From Obrimoposthia wandeli (Eukaryota), in NCBI GenBank assembly GCA_977020255.1, contig CDROCS010002834.1, positions 496,001 to 560,000 on the forward strand: 64,000 nucleotides of DNA. Direction: 5' to 3'. This document shows, in pieces, positions 40,865-52,666 of the stretch. A program made the translations under genes and the position numbers. The notes beneath the pieces were generated by a model. It was not told the origin of the DNA, made no database searches, and was given only the letters and a program-made list of their open reading frames with translations. Numbering within the stretch: position 1 is the stretch's first letter; every line of letters starts with the position of its first letter.

Positions 40865-42298
40865 ATGACAGTAGCAGAAAACGTCGTCACCAAATTAGAC
40901 ATCTCGGCAATGCAAAATACATTACACGAGCAACGTGTAAGTTATTCTGCTCACCCAATGCCAGACTATGCTGAACGAATTTCCCAGCTAAAGGCGCTGA
41001 AAAAAGCCTTGTTAGCCAACAAAACAGCACTGTGTGAGGCACTGAATCAAGATTACGGACAGCGTAGCCAACAAGACAGTCTAATGGCTGATGTGCTGCC
41101 CTGCGTTATGAATATTAACTACACCATTAAACACTTAAAAAAGTGGATGAAACCCTCGAAGCGCCATGCGGGCTTATTGCTAGCACCAGCCAAAGTTGAA
41201 GTGGTTTATCAACCGCTTGGGGTAATCGGGATTGTCGTACCGTGGAATTTCCCGATCATGCTCAGCCTTGGGCCATTAATCACCGCCTTAGCGGCGGGTA
41301 ATCGCGCCATGATTAAGCTCAGTGAATTCACCCCTGCAACCAATATCGTACTGCGTGAATTGCTGGCATCGATATTTGAAAATAAGCACGTGGCCGTTTT
41401 TGAAGGTGAAGCCGATATCGCAGCGGCCTTTACCGCATTACCCTTTGATCACCTGATTTTCACCGGTTCAACCACCGTTGGCCGTCATGTTATGCGTGCA
41501 GCGGCAGATAACCTCACCCCCGTTACATTAGAGTTAGGGGGTAAATCACCCACCATTATTGCACCTGATATACCGTTGGACATCGCTGTTGAACGCATGA
41601 TTTACGGCAAAAGCCTTAATGGTGGACAGATCTGTGTCGCCCCTGATTACGCATTAGTCCCAGAAGATAAAGTGGATGATTTTGTTGCTGAGTACAAAAA
41701 GCAATTTAATAAGATGTATCCTAAGGGGACGAATAACAAAGACTTTACGTCGGTAATTAATCAGCGCCAATATCAACGCTTAACCGCTTGGCTTGACGAT
41801 GCCAAAAGCAAAGGCGCAACGGTGATCCCTTGCCATGAAGACAGTCGAGATGATCAACAACATCGTATGGTCACCCATATTTTGTTGAATACCAATAATG
41901 ATATGACTGTCATGCAAGATGAAATATTTGGTCCAATATTGCCAATCGTGCCCTATAAAACAATTGATCAGGCATTAGATTATATTCAGCAACGCCCTCG
42001 TCCACTGGCGTTATACCTAATGAGTTTTGATGCAGAGCTGCAACAGCGCATTAAAACCACCAGCCATTCAGGCGGAATGTGTATTAACGAGTCAGTCTTC
42101 CATGTTGCTGCCGATGATGCACCGTTTGGTGGTGTCGGTCCTTCAGGTATGGGGCATTATCACGGTAAAGAAGGGTTCTTAACGTTCTCGAAAGCGAAAA
42201 CAATTTTGAGTCGCGGTAAAATAAATACCGCTAAATTAGTGACCCCACCTTACGGTGGCTGGATCCAAAAGCTGATGTTAGCTTTCTTCCTTCGATAA
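40865..42298 (+). CDS. calB: Coniferyl aldehyde dehydrogenase family ALDH
   Basis: PWNFP, KLSE, FTGST, LELGGKSP, GQICVAPD, EIFGP; start MTVAEN. Confidence 0.88.
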   Translation: MTVAENVVTKLDISAMQNTLHEQRVSYSAHPMPDYAERISQLKALKKALLANKTALCEALNQDYGQRSQQDSLMADVLPCVMNINYTIKHLKKWMKPSKRHAGLLLAPAKVEVVYQPLGVIGIVVPWNFPIMLSLGPLITALAAGNRAMIKLSEFTPATNIVLRELLASIFENKHVAVFEGEADIAAAFTALPFDHLIFTGSTTVGRHVMRAAADNLTPVTLELGGKSPTIIAPDIPLDIAVERMIYGKSLNGGQICVAPDYALVPEDKVDDFVAEYKKQFNKMYPKGTNNKDFTSVINQRQYQRLTAWLDDAKSKGATVIPCHEDSRDDQQHRMVTHILLNTNNDMTVMQDEIFGPILPIVPYKTIDQALDYIQQRPRPLALYLMSFDAELQQRIKTTSHSGGMCINESVFHVAADDAPFGGVGPSGMGHYHGKEGFLTFSKAKTILSRGKINTAKLVTPPYGGWIQKLMLAFFLR

Positions 42299-42319
42299 AT
42301 TTGGGAATTTAATCTGTTT

Positions 42320-42919
42320 ATGGTTACAGAAAAGAAACGGCAAATTTTGGATGCAGCCCTATTACTCTTTGTCGAACAAGGAATTCAGGCGACAGCAACA
42401 GCCAAAATTGCCAAGCAAGCAAACGTGGCAACGGGCACGCTATTCCATCATTTTTCGAATAAACAAGAATTGGTGGTGACGCTATACCGTTCAATCAAAG
42501 ATGAATTGAGTCAGTCCATTAGCCAAAATACTGCTGATAACGTTGGTTCATCGAACAATCAAACGGATGCTTTAAAATCCACCATTGAAAGCTATTGGCA
42601 CCAAGCGATTGAATGGGCAATAAGTCACCCACTAAAGTGGCAGTTTTTGCAGCAATTTGCCAACGACCCACAATTTAAAATTAGCCAACAACAAGATGTT
42701 ATGACGTCATCAATGGCGTTTTTGGTTGAAACGGTTAAGCAAGGACAGCAGCAAGGCGTATTGGCATGCTTGCCAATACCTTTAGTACTTAACTATTGCC
42801 ATTTTCACTATTTAGCGGTGACAACCTTATTTATTGAACAACCAGAGCTATTCCAACAACCAAGCTATCAAGACGGTGCTTTCCAGATGTTTTGGCAAGG
42901 CTTAGTCGCCAAGCCATGA
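42320..42919 (+). CDS. TetR/AcrR family regulator
   Basis: ILDAALLLF...IAKQANVATGTLFHHF. Confidence 0.95.
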   Translation: MVTEKKRQILDAALLLFVEQGIQATATAKIAKQANVATGTLFHHFSNKQELVVTLYRSIKDELSQSISQNTADNVGSSNNQTDALKSTIESYWHQAIEWAISHPLKWQFLQQFANDPQFKISQQQDVMTSSMAFLVETVKQGQQQGVLACLPIPLVLNYCHFHYLAVTTLFIEQPELFQQPSYQDGAFQMFWQGLVAKP

Positions 42920-42943
42920 TGTAAAAGTGGCTGACACAAAAGC

Positions 42944-42970
42944 AAAACGGGAGCATAAGCTCCCGTTTTT
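42944..42970. terminator. Bidirectional terminator
   Basis: AAAACGGGAGC-ATAA-GCTCCCGTTTTT. Confidence 0.85.
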
Positions 42971-43009
42971 GATTCATTGTATAATACGGTTTTCACCACA
43001 TCGTAATGA

Positions 43010-43549
43010 TTAAGCTTGTACGTCAGCGTATTGGTTTAACTCTGCAATACTTACTGTCGTAATAAACTCACCGTCTAAGTAGAAATTCACGTTATCGCCA
43101 GCTTTCTCACCACGTAGTCGCGCGGTTTCACCATTTTGGTAAGACACGTTCATTTCTAGGGTGGAATCGTCAAGCTGACGGAATGTAGCCGCTTCAATAT
43201 TGCTGTTCTGCACGCTTGCTAGCGGCACTGTCGTCATTGATTTATCTAATTTACTGTTGATCTTAAAGATAGCATCAACAGGCATATCAGCCACTGCGGG
43301 TGATTTACCCGTAATAGGGTTTTTACCTGTCCAGAACTCAATTGAGTTGAAGATAAATAGATCAGCGGCTGCAGCAATACCGTATACCGGGCTTAACAGA
43401 ACAAATAGACCCGCACGACCATAACGGTTATCGACAGCTGATAAGTTTGCTTTGGTCACCATTTGTGAGGTGCCCATCTGACCAATACAACCAGTTAAAG
43501 AGGTTGCCAATACAGCCATCGCCACAGCTTTCAGTGCGATCTTTTTCAT
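43010..43549 (-). CDS. DUF3332 family lipoprotein
   Basis: Lipobox LTGC, DLFIFNSIEFWTGKNP. Confidence 0.85.
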   Translation of the reverse strand: MKKIALKAVAMAVLATSLTGCIGQMGTSQMVTKANLSAVDNRYGRAGLFVLLSPVYGIAAAADLFIFNSIEFWTGKNPITGKSPAVADMPVDAIFKINSKLDKSMTTVPLASVQNSNIEAATFRQLDDSTLEMNVSYQNGETARLRGEKAGDNVNFYLDGEFITTVSIAELNQYADVQA

Positions 43550-43811
43550 TTGTTCGTTACTCCGCGTTAAAATTAAAAGGTATAAAAAGTCGGCGGATTA
43601 TAAGTGCTTTTGTGGATATTACGAGTCAATTTTTTGTGAATAGTTCTGAAATCAAAACAATGTAGGCTTTAAGCTAAATCAAGGTAAAAAAACGGTGATT
43701 TACTATCAAACCGTAATAAGACAATCACCTGATTAATTGATAATAAATATATAAAAAGCGGCTAAATAGCCGCTTTTAGATTTACCGTTGTAGCTTGCTA
43801 CTTTAATACAT

Positions 43812-44999
43812 TTAAACGTATTGACCGGCAACATAACCCGAGCTCCAGGCCCATTGGAAATTGTAGCCACCCAACCAACCGCTCACATCCATCACTTCGC
43901 CAGCAAAGTACAAACCAGAAACCTGCTTAACTTCCATCGTTTTTGATGACAGTTCATCAGTATCCACACCGCCTAATGTAACTTCAGCAGTGCGGTAGCC
44001 TTCCGTGCCATTTGGAGCAATAGACCACGAGTGGAAATACGTATCGAGGTTTGCGACCTCTTTCTCATTATATTGCTTCAATGGCTTATCGCTAATATCA
44101 CCACGCTCGATAAGCACTTCAATTAAGCGCTTAGGCAATAAACGCGACAGTGCTGTTTTTAAGCTTTGGTTCGGATTGCTTTCACGCATCGCACGCAAGG
44201 TATCGCTCAACGATACGTCGGGCAACAAGTTGATTGTCACTTTCTGACCCGGTGTCCAGTACGATGAAATCTGTAAAATAACCGGACCAGACAAACCACG
44301 GTGGGTGAACAATAAACTTTCTTTGAAATACGTGCCGTCTTCCGCTTCAATCGTCACTGGAACCGCAATACCAGATAATTCAGCAAACGCTTCTTTTTCT
44401 TCTTTATGCAAAGTGAAAGGCACTAAACCAGCGGTGGTAGGCACCATTTTTAGCCCAAATTGCTCTGCAACCTGATAGCCAAAAGGCGTTGCACCCAGCT
44501 TAGGCATAGATAAACCACCCGTCGCAATCACTAAAGACTCACATTCAACCGTATCGGTATTCAGTTTTAAGCTAAAGCCAGTATCGGTTTTAGTTATGTC
44601 ATGCACATCACAACGGTAACGCTGTTCAACCGTCGGTAAATCACACTCAGCTAATAGCATTTGCACGATTTCTTTGGCTGAATCTTCACAGAATAGCTGC
44701 CCGTGCGAGCGCTCTTCATAAGCAATATTATGTTTCGCAATCATCGCGATAAAATCCCACTGGGTATATTGCGATAAGGCTGATTTTGCGAAATGAGGAT
44801 TACGACAAACAAAATTGCTGGCTGTCACATCATAGTTAGTAAAGTTACAACGACCGCCACCAGAGATCAGGATTTTACGTCCTGGTTTCTTTGCGTGATC
44901 AACCACCAGCACAGAACGACCTCGTTTGCCTGCTTCTGCCGCACACATTAACCCTGCAGCACCTGCACCAATAATTACCACATCAAACTTGTTAGCCAT
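43812..44999 (-). CDS. yhiN: HI0933/BaiN/YhiN family flavoprotein
   Basis: GAGAAG, KILISGGGRCNFTN, TGGLSMPKLG, AEVTLGGV, GGYNFQWAWSSG. Confidence 0.95.
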   Translation of the reverse strand: MANKFDVVIIGAGAAGLMCAAEAGKRGRSVLVVDHAKKPGRKILISGGGRCNFTNYDVTASNFVCRNPHFAKSALSQYTQWDFIAMIAKHNIAYEERSHGQLFCEDSAKEIVQMLLAECDLPTVEQRYRCDVHDITKTDTGFSLKLNTDTVECESLVIATGGLSMPKLGATPFGYQVAEQFGLKMVPTTAGLVPFTLHKEEKEAFAELSGIAVPVTIEAEDGTYFKESLLFTHRGLSGPVILQISSYWTPGQKVTINLLPDVSLSDTLRAMRESNPNQSLKTALSRLLPKRLIEVLIERGDISDKPLKQYNEKEVANLDTYFHSWSIAPNGTEGYRTAEVTLGGVDTDELSSKTMEVKQVSGLYFAGEVMDVSGWLGGYNFQWAWSSGYVAGQYV

Positions 45000-45125
45000 T
45001 TCTGTACCTAAACGTTGGATCATCACGGAATGAAAAAGGGATGCGATACCATAGCGGTTTGCATCCCTTTGTGTTCTGCGCGCATTTTACGCGGCTATGC
45101 CGTGAATACCAATCCTAATCCAACT

Positions 45126-46253
45126 TTAGGCTAAATTAGACTGACCGCGACTCATAGAAATATCGGCATTGGGCATATGTAATGTTGCGGTTGGAAACGC
45201 AAAATCAGCACCATTGCGATGCACGACATCCACTATTTTTAACATTACATCTTGCTGTACTTCTTGATACTCAATCCAATTAACGGTTTTGGTAAAGGTA
45301 TACACCAATATATTCAATGACGATGCAGCATACGTATCAAAACAAACGATCATGGTTTGGTTACTATCAATATCAGCATGATTTAATAACATGGCTTTTA
45401 TATCAGACGCCACTTTGCCTACGACAGCCGCATCTTCATAACGTAACCCGACACTTTGTTTAATTCGACGGTTCGTCATTCGTGAAGGGTTTTCAACCAC
45501 GATCGAGCTAAAAACAGAATTGGGTACATACAGCGGTCGCTTATCAAATGTGCGAATAACCGTCATTCTAAAGCCGATGCGCTCAACCGTTCCTTCAATT
45601 TGGCGATCAGGACTGCGTACCCAATCACCCACTTTAAAAGGGCGATCCAGATACAACATCATGGCACCGAAGAAGTTAGCTAACATATCTTTTGCGGCCA
45701 TACCGACAATTAAGCCACCCACGCCACCGAAGGTCAGCACCCCCGACAAACTCAAGCCTAGATTTTGCATCATCACTAAGCCACCAATGACCATTACGAT
45801 CAAACGCAGTATCTTAGAAATAGCATTGATGGTGGTGGTATCTTTCGCCTTAGGTAAGATACCGGATTCGACATTACTGATCAGACGTAACAGTATCCAG
45901 ACGAAGGTCCAAACTACGATTAAATGACGAACAACTGCAAGAAAGGTCGTGGGGTAGCTTGTGATATTATCAACCACAATGCCAAGTGATAATACAGCAG
46001 GCCATAGCCAGATCAGCCAACTGACAGGACGACGCACCGCACTTACCAGCGCATCATCCCAAATTAAGCGGGTGTTTTCGGCAATCACAGAAAGACGGCG
46101 GGTAACAAGTAGCCATCCACCCCATAAAAATGCACTTAACGCGAGTAGCAGACCCACGTTATACATCCAGTCGTGATTCACACCTTGTTCAAGAGATGAC
46201 CACCATTGAATAAATCTTGTCATAAAAACCGTTAGCCAATATTTCGATACCAT
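45126..46253 (-). CDS. MscS family mechanosensitive channel (YnaI-like)
   Basis: GGVGGLIVGMAAKD, DRPFKVGDW, GTVERIG, FAFPT. Confidence 0.93.
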   Translation of the reverse strand: MVSKYWLTVFMTRFIQWWSSLEQGVNHDWMYNVGLLLALSAFLWGGWLLVTRRLSVIAENTRLIWDDALVSAVRRPVSWLIWLWPAVLSLGIVVDNITSYPTTFLAVVRHLIVVWTFVWILLRLISNVESGILPKAKDTTTINAISKILRLIVMVIGGLVMMQNLGLSLSGVLTFGGVGGLIVGMAAKDMLANFFGAMMLYLDRPFKVGDWVRSPDRQIEGTVERIGFRMTVIRTFDKRPLYVPNSVFSSIVVENPSRMTNRRIKQSVGLRYEDAAVVGKVASDIKAMLLNHADIDSNQTMIVCFDTYAASSLNILVYTFTKTVNWIEYQEVQQDVMLKIVDVVHRNGADFAFPTATLHMPNADISMSRGQSNLA

Positions 46254-46336
46254 AAAGTAGTCATAAAGCTAAGCGGTTCAATTTCAATAAGCAATTAATA
46301 AAAAACGTTGAGCAAACATAACGACATAATTTGTCA

Positions 46337-46678
46337 TTAGATGCCAAGAAACGCGACGGCAAAAATAGAGATAAAGAACACCATCACAAACGTACTCGCA
46401 AGGACAAATAACTTGCGGACTTTCACACATTTGGTCATGAATAGCGGATCATGATGATTCTGATACTGCTGACTACGAATGTAGTGAAAAAGGCGGACTT
46501 GCTTACTGACATTCCCTTGAGAAGAGAAAAAGCCTCGACCATCAACTTGCTGATAAAGTAACGGATCACAATCTCGCATTACTCGAAGTAATGTACGCAA
46601 GGTACTCACATATCGAGACACATTCACAACCATGATCAAAAAGAGTGCAAATAGAAATGCATCACCACTAATATTCAT
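46337..46678 (-). CDS. uspB: Universal stress protein B
   Basis: RYVSTLR...DPLLYQQVDGRGFF...KQVRLF. Confidence 0.93.
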   Translation of the reverse strand: MNISGDAFLFALFLIMVVNVSRYVSTLRTLLRVMRDCDPLLYQQVDGRGFFSSQGNVSKQVRLFHYIRSQQYQNHHDPLFMTKCVKVRKLFVLASTFVMVFFISIFAVAFLGI

Positions 46679-46751
46679 TATAAACCCCCCAAACAACATC
46701 AGTTACAGGCTGGGGAAGAGAGGGCGCCGTTTAATTGCGCCCCTAAAAAAC

Positions 46752-47279
46752 TTAACCAGCCGTTGTATCCATTACAGATGTAGAGCCAGCCTTCGCCATT
46801 GCTGCAAGATCTTTATCAATAAAGAATAAAGCTTTGCCATCTTCGCCAACTAACTCAATCTTATCCAAAATACCTTTAAACAATTTTTCTTCTTCATGCT
46901 GCTCTGATACATACCACTGCAAGAAATTAAAGGTAGAGTAATCTTGAGTCGTGAATGCCACATGAGCTAATTTATTAATTTGTTGAGTAATTAATTGTTC
47001 ATGTTCATATGTTTCACGAAATACCGCACCCAAAGATTCAAACTCGTGCTTTGGTGCTGAAATTGCACCCAACATTGGCATAGAGCCCGTTTCACTCACA
47101 TACGTGAACAAACGCTGCATATGTTCCATCTCTTCAACTGCATGTGAACGTAAAAACTCAGCAGCTCCCTCGAACCCTTTATCTTCACACCATGCGCTCA
47201 TTTGCAGGTATAGGTTTGAAGAAAAGAACTCCAAATTAATTTGCTCGTTCAGCTTTGCAACCATCTCTTGAGCTAACAT
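46752..47279 (-). CDS. ftnA: Non-heme ferritin
   Basis: [26 protein letters not shown] ferroxidase residues. Confidence 0.97.
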   Translation of the reverse strand: MLAQEMVAKLNEQINLEFFSSNLYLQMSAWCEDKGFEGAAEFLRSHAVEEMEHMQRLFTYVSETGSMPMLGAISAPKHEFESLGAVFRETYEHEQLITQQINKLAHVAFTTQDYSTFNFLQWYVSEQHEEEKLFKGILDKIELVGEDGKALFFIDKDLAAMAKAGSTSVMDTTAG

Positions 47280-47531
47280 TACACGACTCCTATCTATTTA
47301 AGTGTAATCAACACATTGCCACTGTGCACAATTGAGTTTGCAACTCATGCCCACAATTGCCGTGAAATTATCAATCAGTATCCCATAACATACGGGTAAG
47401 ATTAAAAAAAAGACTCATTTTGTGAAAATTAATTAACGCACTATCTTCCTATAAAGGATGCGATCTAACCGATATTTTTCAATCATACTCAATGCTAGCA
47501 TGAATAAAACCACGATAAAGGAGTGCAAGTT

Positions 47532-47954
47532 ATGGCTTATAAACACATTCTAGTTGCAATCGACCTCTCTGATGACAGTTTCATCCTCGTCAATAAAGCG
47601 GCTACACTCGCCAAAGAACTAGAGGCCAAGTTGTCTTTGATTCACATCGATGTTAATTATGCCGAACTTTATACTGGTCTTATTGATATCAATCTCTCTG
47701 ATACCCAGTTCAAAATGTTTGATGATGCACAAAAGCAGCTTCAAGCACTGGCAGAGAAAGCAAACTACCCGGTTTCTCATACCTTAGTGGGTAGTGGTGA
47801 TTTTAGTGATGAAATTTGCCAAGCCATCAATAACCTCGATATCGAGTTAGTAGTATGTGGTCATCACCAAGATTTTTGGAGTAAGATCCTTTCTTCAACC
47901 AAACAATTGATGAATGCGACCCCCGTCGATTTATTGATGGTGCCTTTAAAATAA
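47532..47954 (+). CDS. uspA: Universal stress protein A
   Basis: YKHILVAIDLS, CGHHQDFWSK, DLLMVPL. Confidence 0.96.
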   Translation: MAYKHILVAIDLSDDSFILVNKAATLAKELEAKLSLIHIDVNYAELYTGLIDINLSDTQFKMFDDAQKQLQALAEKANYPVSHTLVGSGDFSDEICQAINNLDIELVVCGHHQDFWSKILSSTKQLMNATPVDLLMVPLK

Positions 47955-48142
47955 AGCCGATCCTCTTGACTGGTTTTCGTTAGTATTTCAACAACGGCGT
48001 TTGATACGTTCAACGCCGTTGTGCATTTATTGTTTGACCATAAAACCGCAACCTTTACCTATTTCCCTACCTTTTATCCATATTTCAACTGAATAATTTC
48101 GGTTAGACTATCGCCCTCTATGGATAATAAATTAAATAAAAA

Positions 48143-49018
48143 ATGGGATATTTATCAGCAATCACCCTGTTATGGGCATTTTCATTTAGCTTGATCGGTG
48201 TGTATTTGGCCGGTCAGGTTGATGCATGGTTCTCTGTGCTCACACGTGTCAGCCTTGCCGGTTTGGTTTTTCTTCCCTTTTTAAGAAAGAAAAATTTACA
48301 CGCTAAATTCGCCATTAAGCTAATGATTGTCGGGGCTTTTCAGCTCGGCATCATGTACTGCTTCTATTACCAATCTTTCTTATATTTAACCGTGCCGGAA
48401 GTACTACTGTTTACTATTTTCACCCCAATTTACGTCACCCTGATTTACGATCTACTGCATAAACAATTTTCAGCATGGTATTTACTCACCGCTGTTATCG
48501 CGGTAGTTGGGGCTGCAGTTATTAAGTTTGAAGGGATCAACGAGAACTTTATTATTGGGTTCTTTATCGTACAGGGGGCAAATTTATGCTTCGCTATCGG
48601 GCAAGTTGGCTATAAGCACATCATGGAACAAGAGCAGGCAGATCTACCGCAACATACAGTATTTGGTTTGTTTTATTTAGGGGCTATTTGTGTCGCATTA
48701 CCGATGTTTTTATTGTTCGGCAATATCGAGAAGTTACCGACAACCAATACCCAATGGGGCATTTTAGTTTACTTAGGTACGATTGCTTCTGGTCTGGGTT
48801 ATTTCATCTGGAATAAGGGGGCTACCATGGTGAATGCTGGCGCGTTAGCCATTATGAATAATGCTCTGGTGCCTGCGGGCTTGATCGTAAACCTAGTGAT
48901 TTGGAATCGTGATGTCGATTACTCTCGTTTAATTATCGGTGGTGTTATTATTCTATTTTCATTGTGGTTCAATGAAACGTGGGTAAAACGTAAAGTCGAG
49001 CAAACCAGAACCACATAA
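48143..49018 (+). CDS. DMT/EamA carboxylate/amino acid/amine transporter (YigM/MadN-like)
   Basis: LLWAFSFSLIG, FTIFTPIY, ASGLGYFIWNKG. Confidence 0.88.
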   Translation: MGYLSAITLLWAFSFSLIGVYLAGQVDAWFSVLTRVSLAGLVFLPFLRKKNLHAKFAIKLMIVGAFQLGIMYCFYYQSFLYLTVPEVLLFTIFTPIYVTLIYDLLHKQFSAWYLLTAVIAVVGAAVIKFEGINENFIIGFFIVQGANLCFAIGQVGYKHIMEQEQADLPQHTVFGLFYLGAICVALPMFLLFGNIEKLPTTNTQWGILVYLGTIASGLGYFIWNKGATMVNAGALAIMNNALVPAGLIVNLVIWNRDVDYSRLIIGGVIILFSLWFNETWVKRKVEQTRTT

Positions 49019-49036
49019 GCTAATAAGCTAATAAGC
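49016..49036. repeat. 8-bp tandem repeat TAAGCTAA x2.6 starting at the stop codon
   Basis: TAAGCTAA TAAGCTAA TAAGC. Confidence 0.8.
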
Positions 49037-49048
49037 CAAATCACACAT

Positions 49049-49096
49049 AAAAAAAGAGGCGAGATACTCGTTAACATTGAGTATCTCGCCTCTTTT
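49049..49096. terminator. Long bidirectional terminator between the DMT gene and hemB
   Basis: AAAAAAAGAGGCGAGATACTC...GAGTATCTCGCCTCTTTT. Confidence 0.88.
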
Positions 49097-49122
49097 CGAA
49101 GTTCAGCTATCGCAAGTATCCG

Positions 49123-50211
<1,089 letters not shown>

Positions 50212-50303
50212 TTAATACCATTCTGGATAAATATCTAGACGGGTATAAGCCTATAATAATGCGAATGTCATGGCATTATTATCCTAATTCGATAATACCA
50301 CCC

Positions 50304-51101
50304 TCATAACGTTTCGGGAGGTCTGATCACAAAAAACGCTTGCGTTGTCGCACGTGAATTACTCACTACTTTAGCGGTTTCTTGCTGGCGACATTGAGCG
50401 ATAACATTGGCAATATGGGGCAAAAATTGCGGTTCGTTACGGCTAGATTTTGGCTTGGGCCGGTAATCGCGGGGTAACAGGTACGGGCAATCCGTTTCAA
50501 TCATCAAACGATCATCGGGTATCAAATGCACAATATCACGCAATTCAGTGCCACGGCGCTCATCACACACCCAGCCTGTAATGCCGATATGCAAATCAAG
50601 ATCTAAACACTCTTTTAGCTCTTGCTCACTGCCTGTAAAACAATGTAAGACTGCTGCTGGTAATTTCGCGCGCCATGGTCTTAGTATGTCGAGAAAGCGC
50701 TCATGCGCATCACGACAATGCATAAAAACAGGCAGATTCAATTCTGCGGCTAACGCCAACTGAGCCTCAAATACCGCTTCTTGTTGCGGCCTAGGCGAGA
50801 AGTCACGATTAAAATCGAGCCCACACTCTCCAATCGCCACCACTTCAGGCGTTGCTGCTAAAGCACGAATATGAGGGAGCGTTAAGTCTTCAACAGACTT
50901 TGCATCATGCGGGTGAACCCCTGCCGTACTGTAACAATATTGCGGCCATTGCTGCGCCATTTGCTGCGCTTGCTGACTTTCTTCAATACTGGTGCCCGTT
51001 AAGATTAAGCCGGTTACGCCCGCTTCTTTCGCACGCGTAATAACATCGTCACGATCTCTATCAAAGCGACTGTTCGTTAGGTTAACGCCAATATCTATCA
51101 T
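50304..51101 (-). CDS. tatD: TatD family nuclease
   Basis: DIGVNL, GVHPH, IGECGLD, HCR, HCFTG, ETDCPY. Confidence 0.97.
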   Translation of the reverse strand: MIDIGVNLTNSRFDRDRDDVITRAKEAGVTGLILTGTSIEESQQAQQMAQQWPQYCYSTAGVHPHDAKSVEDLTLPHIRALAATPEVVAIGECGLDFNRDFSPRPQQEAVFEAQLALAAELNLPVFMHCRDAHERFLDILRPWRAKLPAAVLHCFTGSEQELKECLDLDLHIGITGWVCDERRGTELRDIVHLIPDDRLMIETDCPYLLPRDYRPKPKSSRNEPQFLPHIANVIAQCRQQETAKVVSNSRATTQAFFVIRPPETL

Positions 51102-51204
51102 TTTAAAAACCTAATAAATCCAATAAACCAAGTCATGCACTTACTATTTGAATCTAAGAAAACAAAAAAACCGGCTCATCACCGGTTTTTATTATCACAA
51201 CAGA

Positions 51205-51966
51205 TTACTGTTCTTCGCTTTGCTCAATATCGTCGTCTTCTTCTTGGTCTCGCACATAAAAACGCGAGAAGAATAAGCCGACTTCAAACAATATACACAT
51301 TGGTATGGCGAGTAATGTCTGAGAAATTATATCTGGCGGAGTCAGCATCATTCCCACGACAAACGCACCCACAACAATATATGGCCGCTTTGTCTTTAAG
51401 CTTTGTGGGTCTGTTGCCCCCGTCCAGCATAAAAGAATGATTGCCACAGGTATCTCGAATGCAATACCAAACGCCATAAATAACGCTAAGACAAAATCAA
51501 GATAACTGGCAATGTCGGTTGCAACCTGTACCCCTTCTGGTGCAATTCCCGTAAAGAAACTGAACACTAAAGGAAACACAACGAAATACGCAAATGATAC
51601 GCCACCGTAAAACAGCAAAGAGCTGGAAAACAATAACGGCATGATTAGCTTACGCTCATGCTTATACAGACCCGGCGCAACAAAGCCCCACACCTGATAT
51701 AAAATCATGGGTACAGCAACAAATACTGAAGTAACCAATGTGAGTTTTATTGGTGTAAAGAAAGGCGAAGCAACATCCGTTGCAATCATCGTTGCCCCTT
51801 CAGGTAAACGCTCTACCAAAGGTGCAGCCATGAAGGCATAGATGTCATTTGCAAACCAAACTAGACCAAGAAAAACCACCAAGACACTCAAGATAGAACG
51901 CAATAGACGATTACGTAACTCAACTAAATGGCTAAATAATGGCTGCGTTTCTTCTACTGTCGACAT
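51205..51966 (-). CDS. tatC: Tat translocase subunit C
   Basis: [25 protein letters not shown]. Confidence 0.98.
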   Translation of the reverse strand: MSTVEETQPLFSHLVELRNRLLRSILSVLVVFLGLVWFANDIYAFMAAPLVERLPEGATMIATDVASPFFTPIKLTLVTSVFVAVPMILYQVWGFVAPGLYKHERKLIMPLLFSSSLLFYGGVSFAYFVVFPLVFSFFTGIAPEGVQVATDIASYLDFVLALFMAFGIAFEIPVAIILLCWTGATDPQSLKTKRPYIVVGAFVVGMMLTPPDIISQTLLAIPMCILFEVGLFFSRFYVRDQEEDDDIEQSEEQ

Positions 51967-51977
51967 AGTGATGTAAT

Positions 51978-52316
51978 TTATTCCTGCTTTTGAGAAGTCG
52001 TTGTTGAGGTTGACTCGCTTTTTTCAGCATAGGGACGTTGAACATCTGAAGCGGCCTGCTTCAATTCTTCAACCGATTCACGCAATTCTGGCGATAAATC
52101 TTTCATTCCCATTTGTTCGGCTTTTTTAAGATTTTCTTGCAGTTCCTGAATTTTCAGTTCTTGCGACAATTCATCTTTCACCGAATTTGCCATATTGCGA
52201 GCAGCGCCTACCCAACGCGAAACACTACGTATCGCGACGGGCAGCCGTTCTGGCCCCAGTACTACTAATCCCACCACAGAGATCAGTATTAACTCCCAGA
52301 ACCCGATATCAAACAC
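51978..52316 (-). CDS. tatB: Tat translocase subunit B
   Basis: MFDIGFWEL...LGPERLP. Confidence 0.97.
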   Translation of the reverse strand: MFDIGFWELILISVVGLVVLGPERLPVAIRSVSRWVGAARNMANSVKDELSQELKIQELQENLKKAEQMGMKDLSPELRESVEELKQAASDVQRPYAEKSESTSTTTSQKQE

Positions 52317-52319
52317 GCG

Positions 52320-52583
52320 TTAAACCTGCTCTTTGTCTTTTTGGTTCTTTTGAACCTGGTCTTCACTTTGCTGTTCTTCTTTAGACAGAGTTTTCTGTTC
52401 GAAGTCAGCGTCAGCTTCAGTGTTGTCTTTTTTCACGGTTGGATCTTCATCACCAATCGCTTTTTTGAAACCTTTTACGGCCGATCCAAGATCACCACCA
52501 AGAGAACGTAATTTCTTTGTTCCGAATAAAAGAACAATGATCAGTGCAATAATTAGCAACTGCCAGATACTGATACCACCCAT
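52320..52583 (-). CDS. tatA: Tat translocase subunit A
   Basis: [11 protein letters not shown]...LFGTKKL...GFKKA. Confidence 0.97.
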   Translation of the reverse strand: MGGISIWQLLIIALIIVLLFGTKKLRSLGGDLGSAVKGFKKAIGDEDPTVKKDNTEADADFEQKTLSKEEQQSEDQVQKNQKDKEQV

Positions 52584-52666
52584 GCTTGTTTTACCTCAGC
52601 TCTTTGTGGTTAATGACTAATGTTATGTTGAAACTTTTAATGTGTATATTATCGCTTACTTTACCG

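Noticed and set aside
22665-44999. RNA-modification gene cluster (rsmD, EVE, DTW, yhiN)
   Set aside because: Genes are dispersed among unrelated operons over 22 kb
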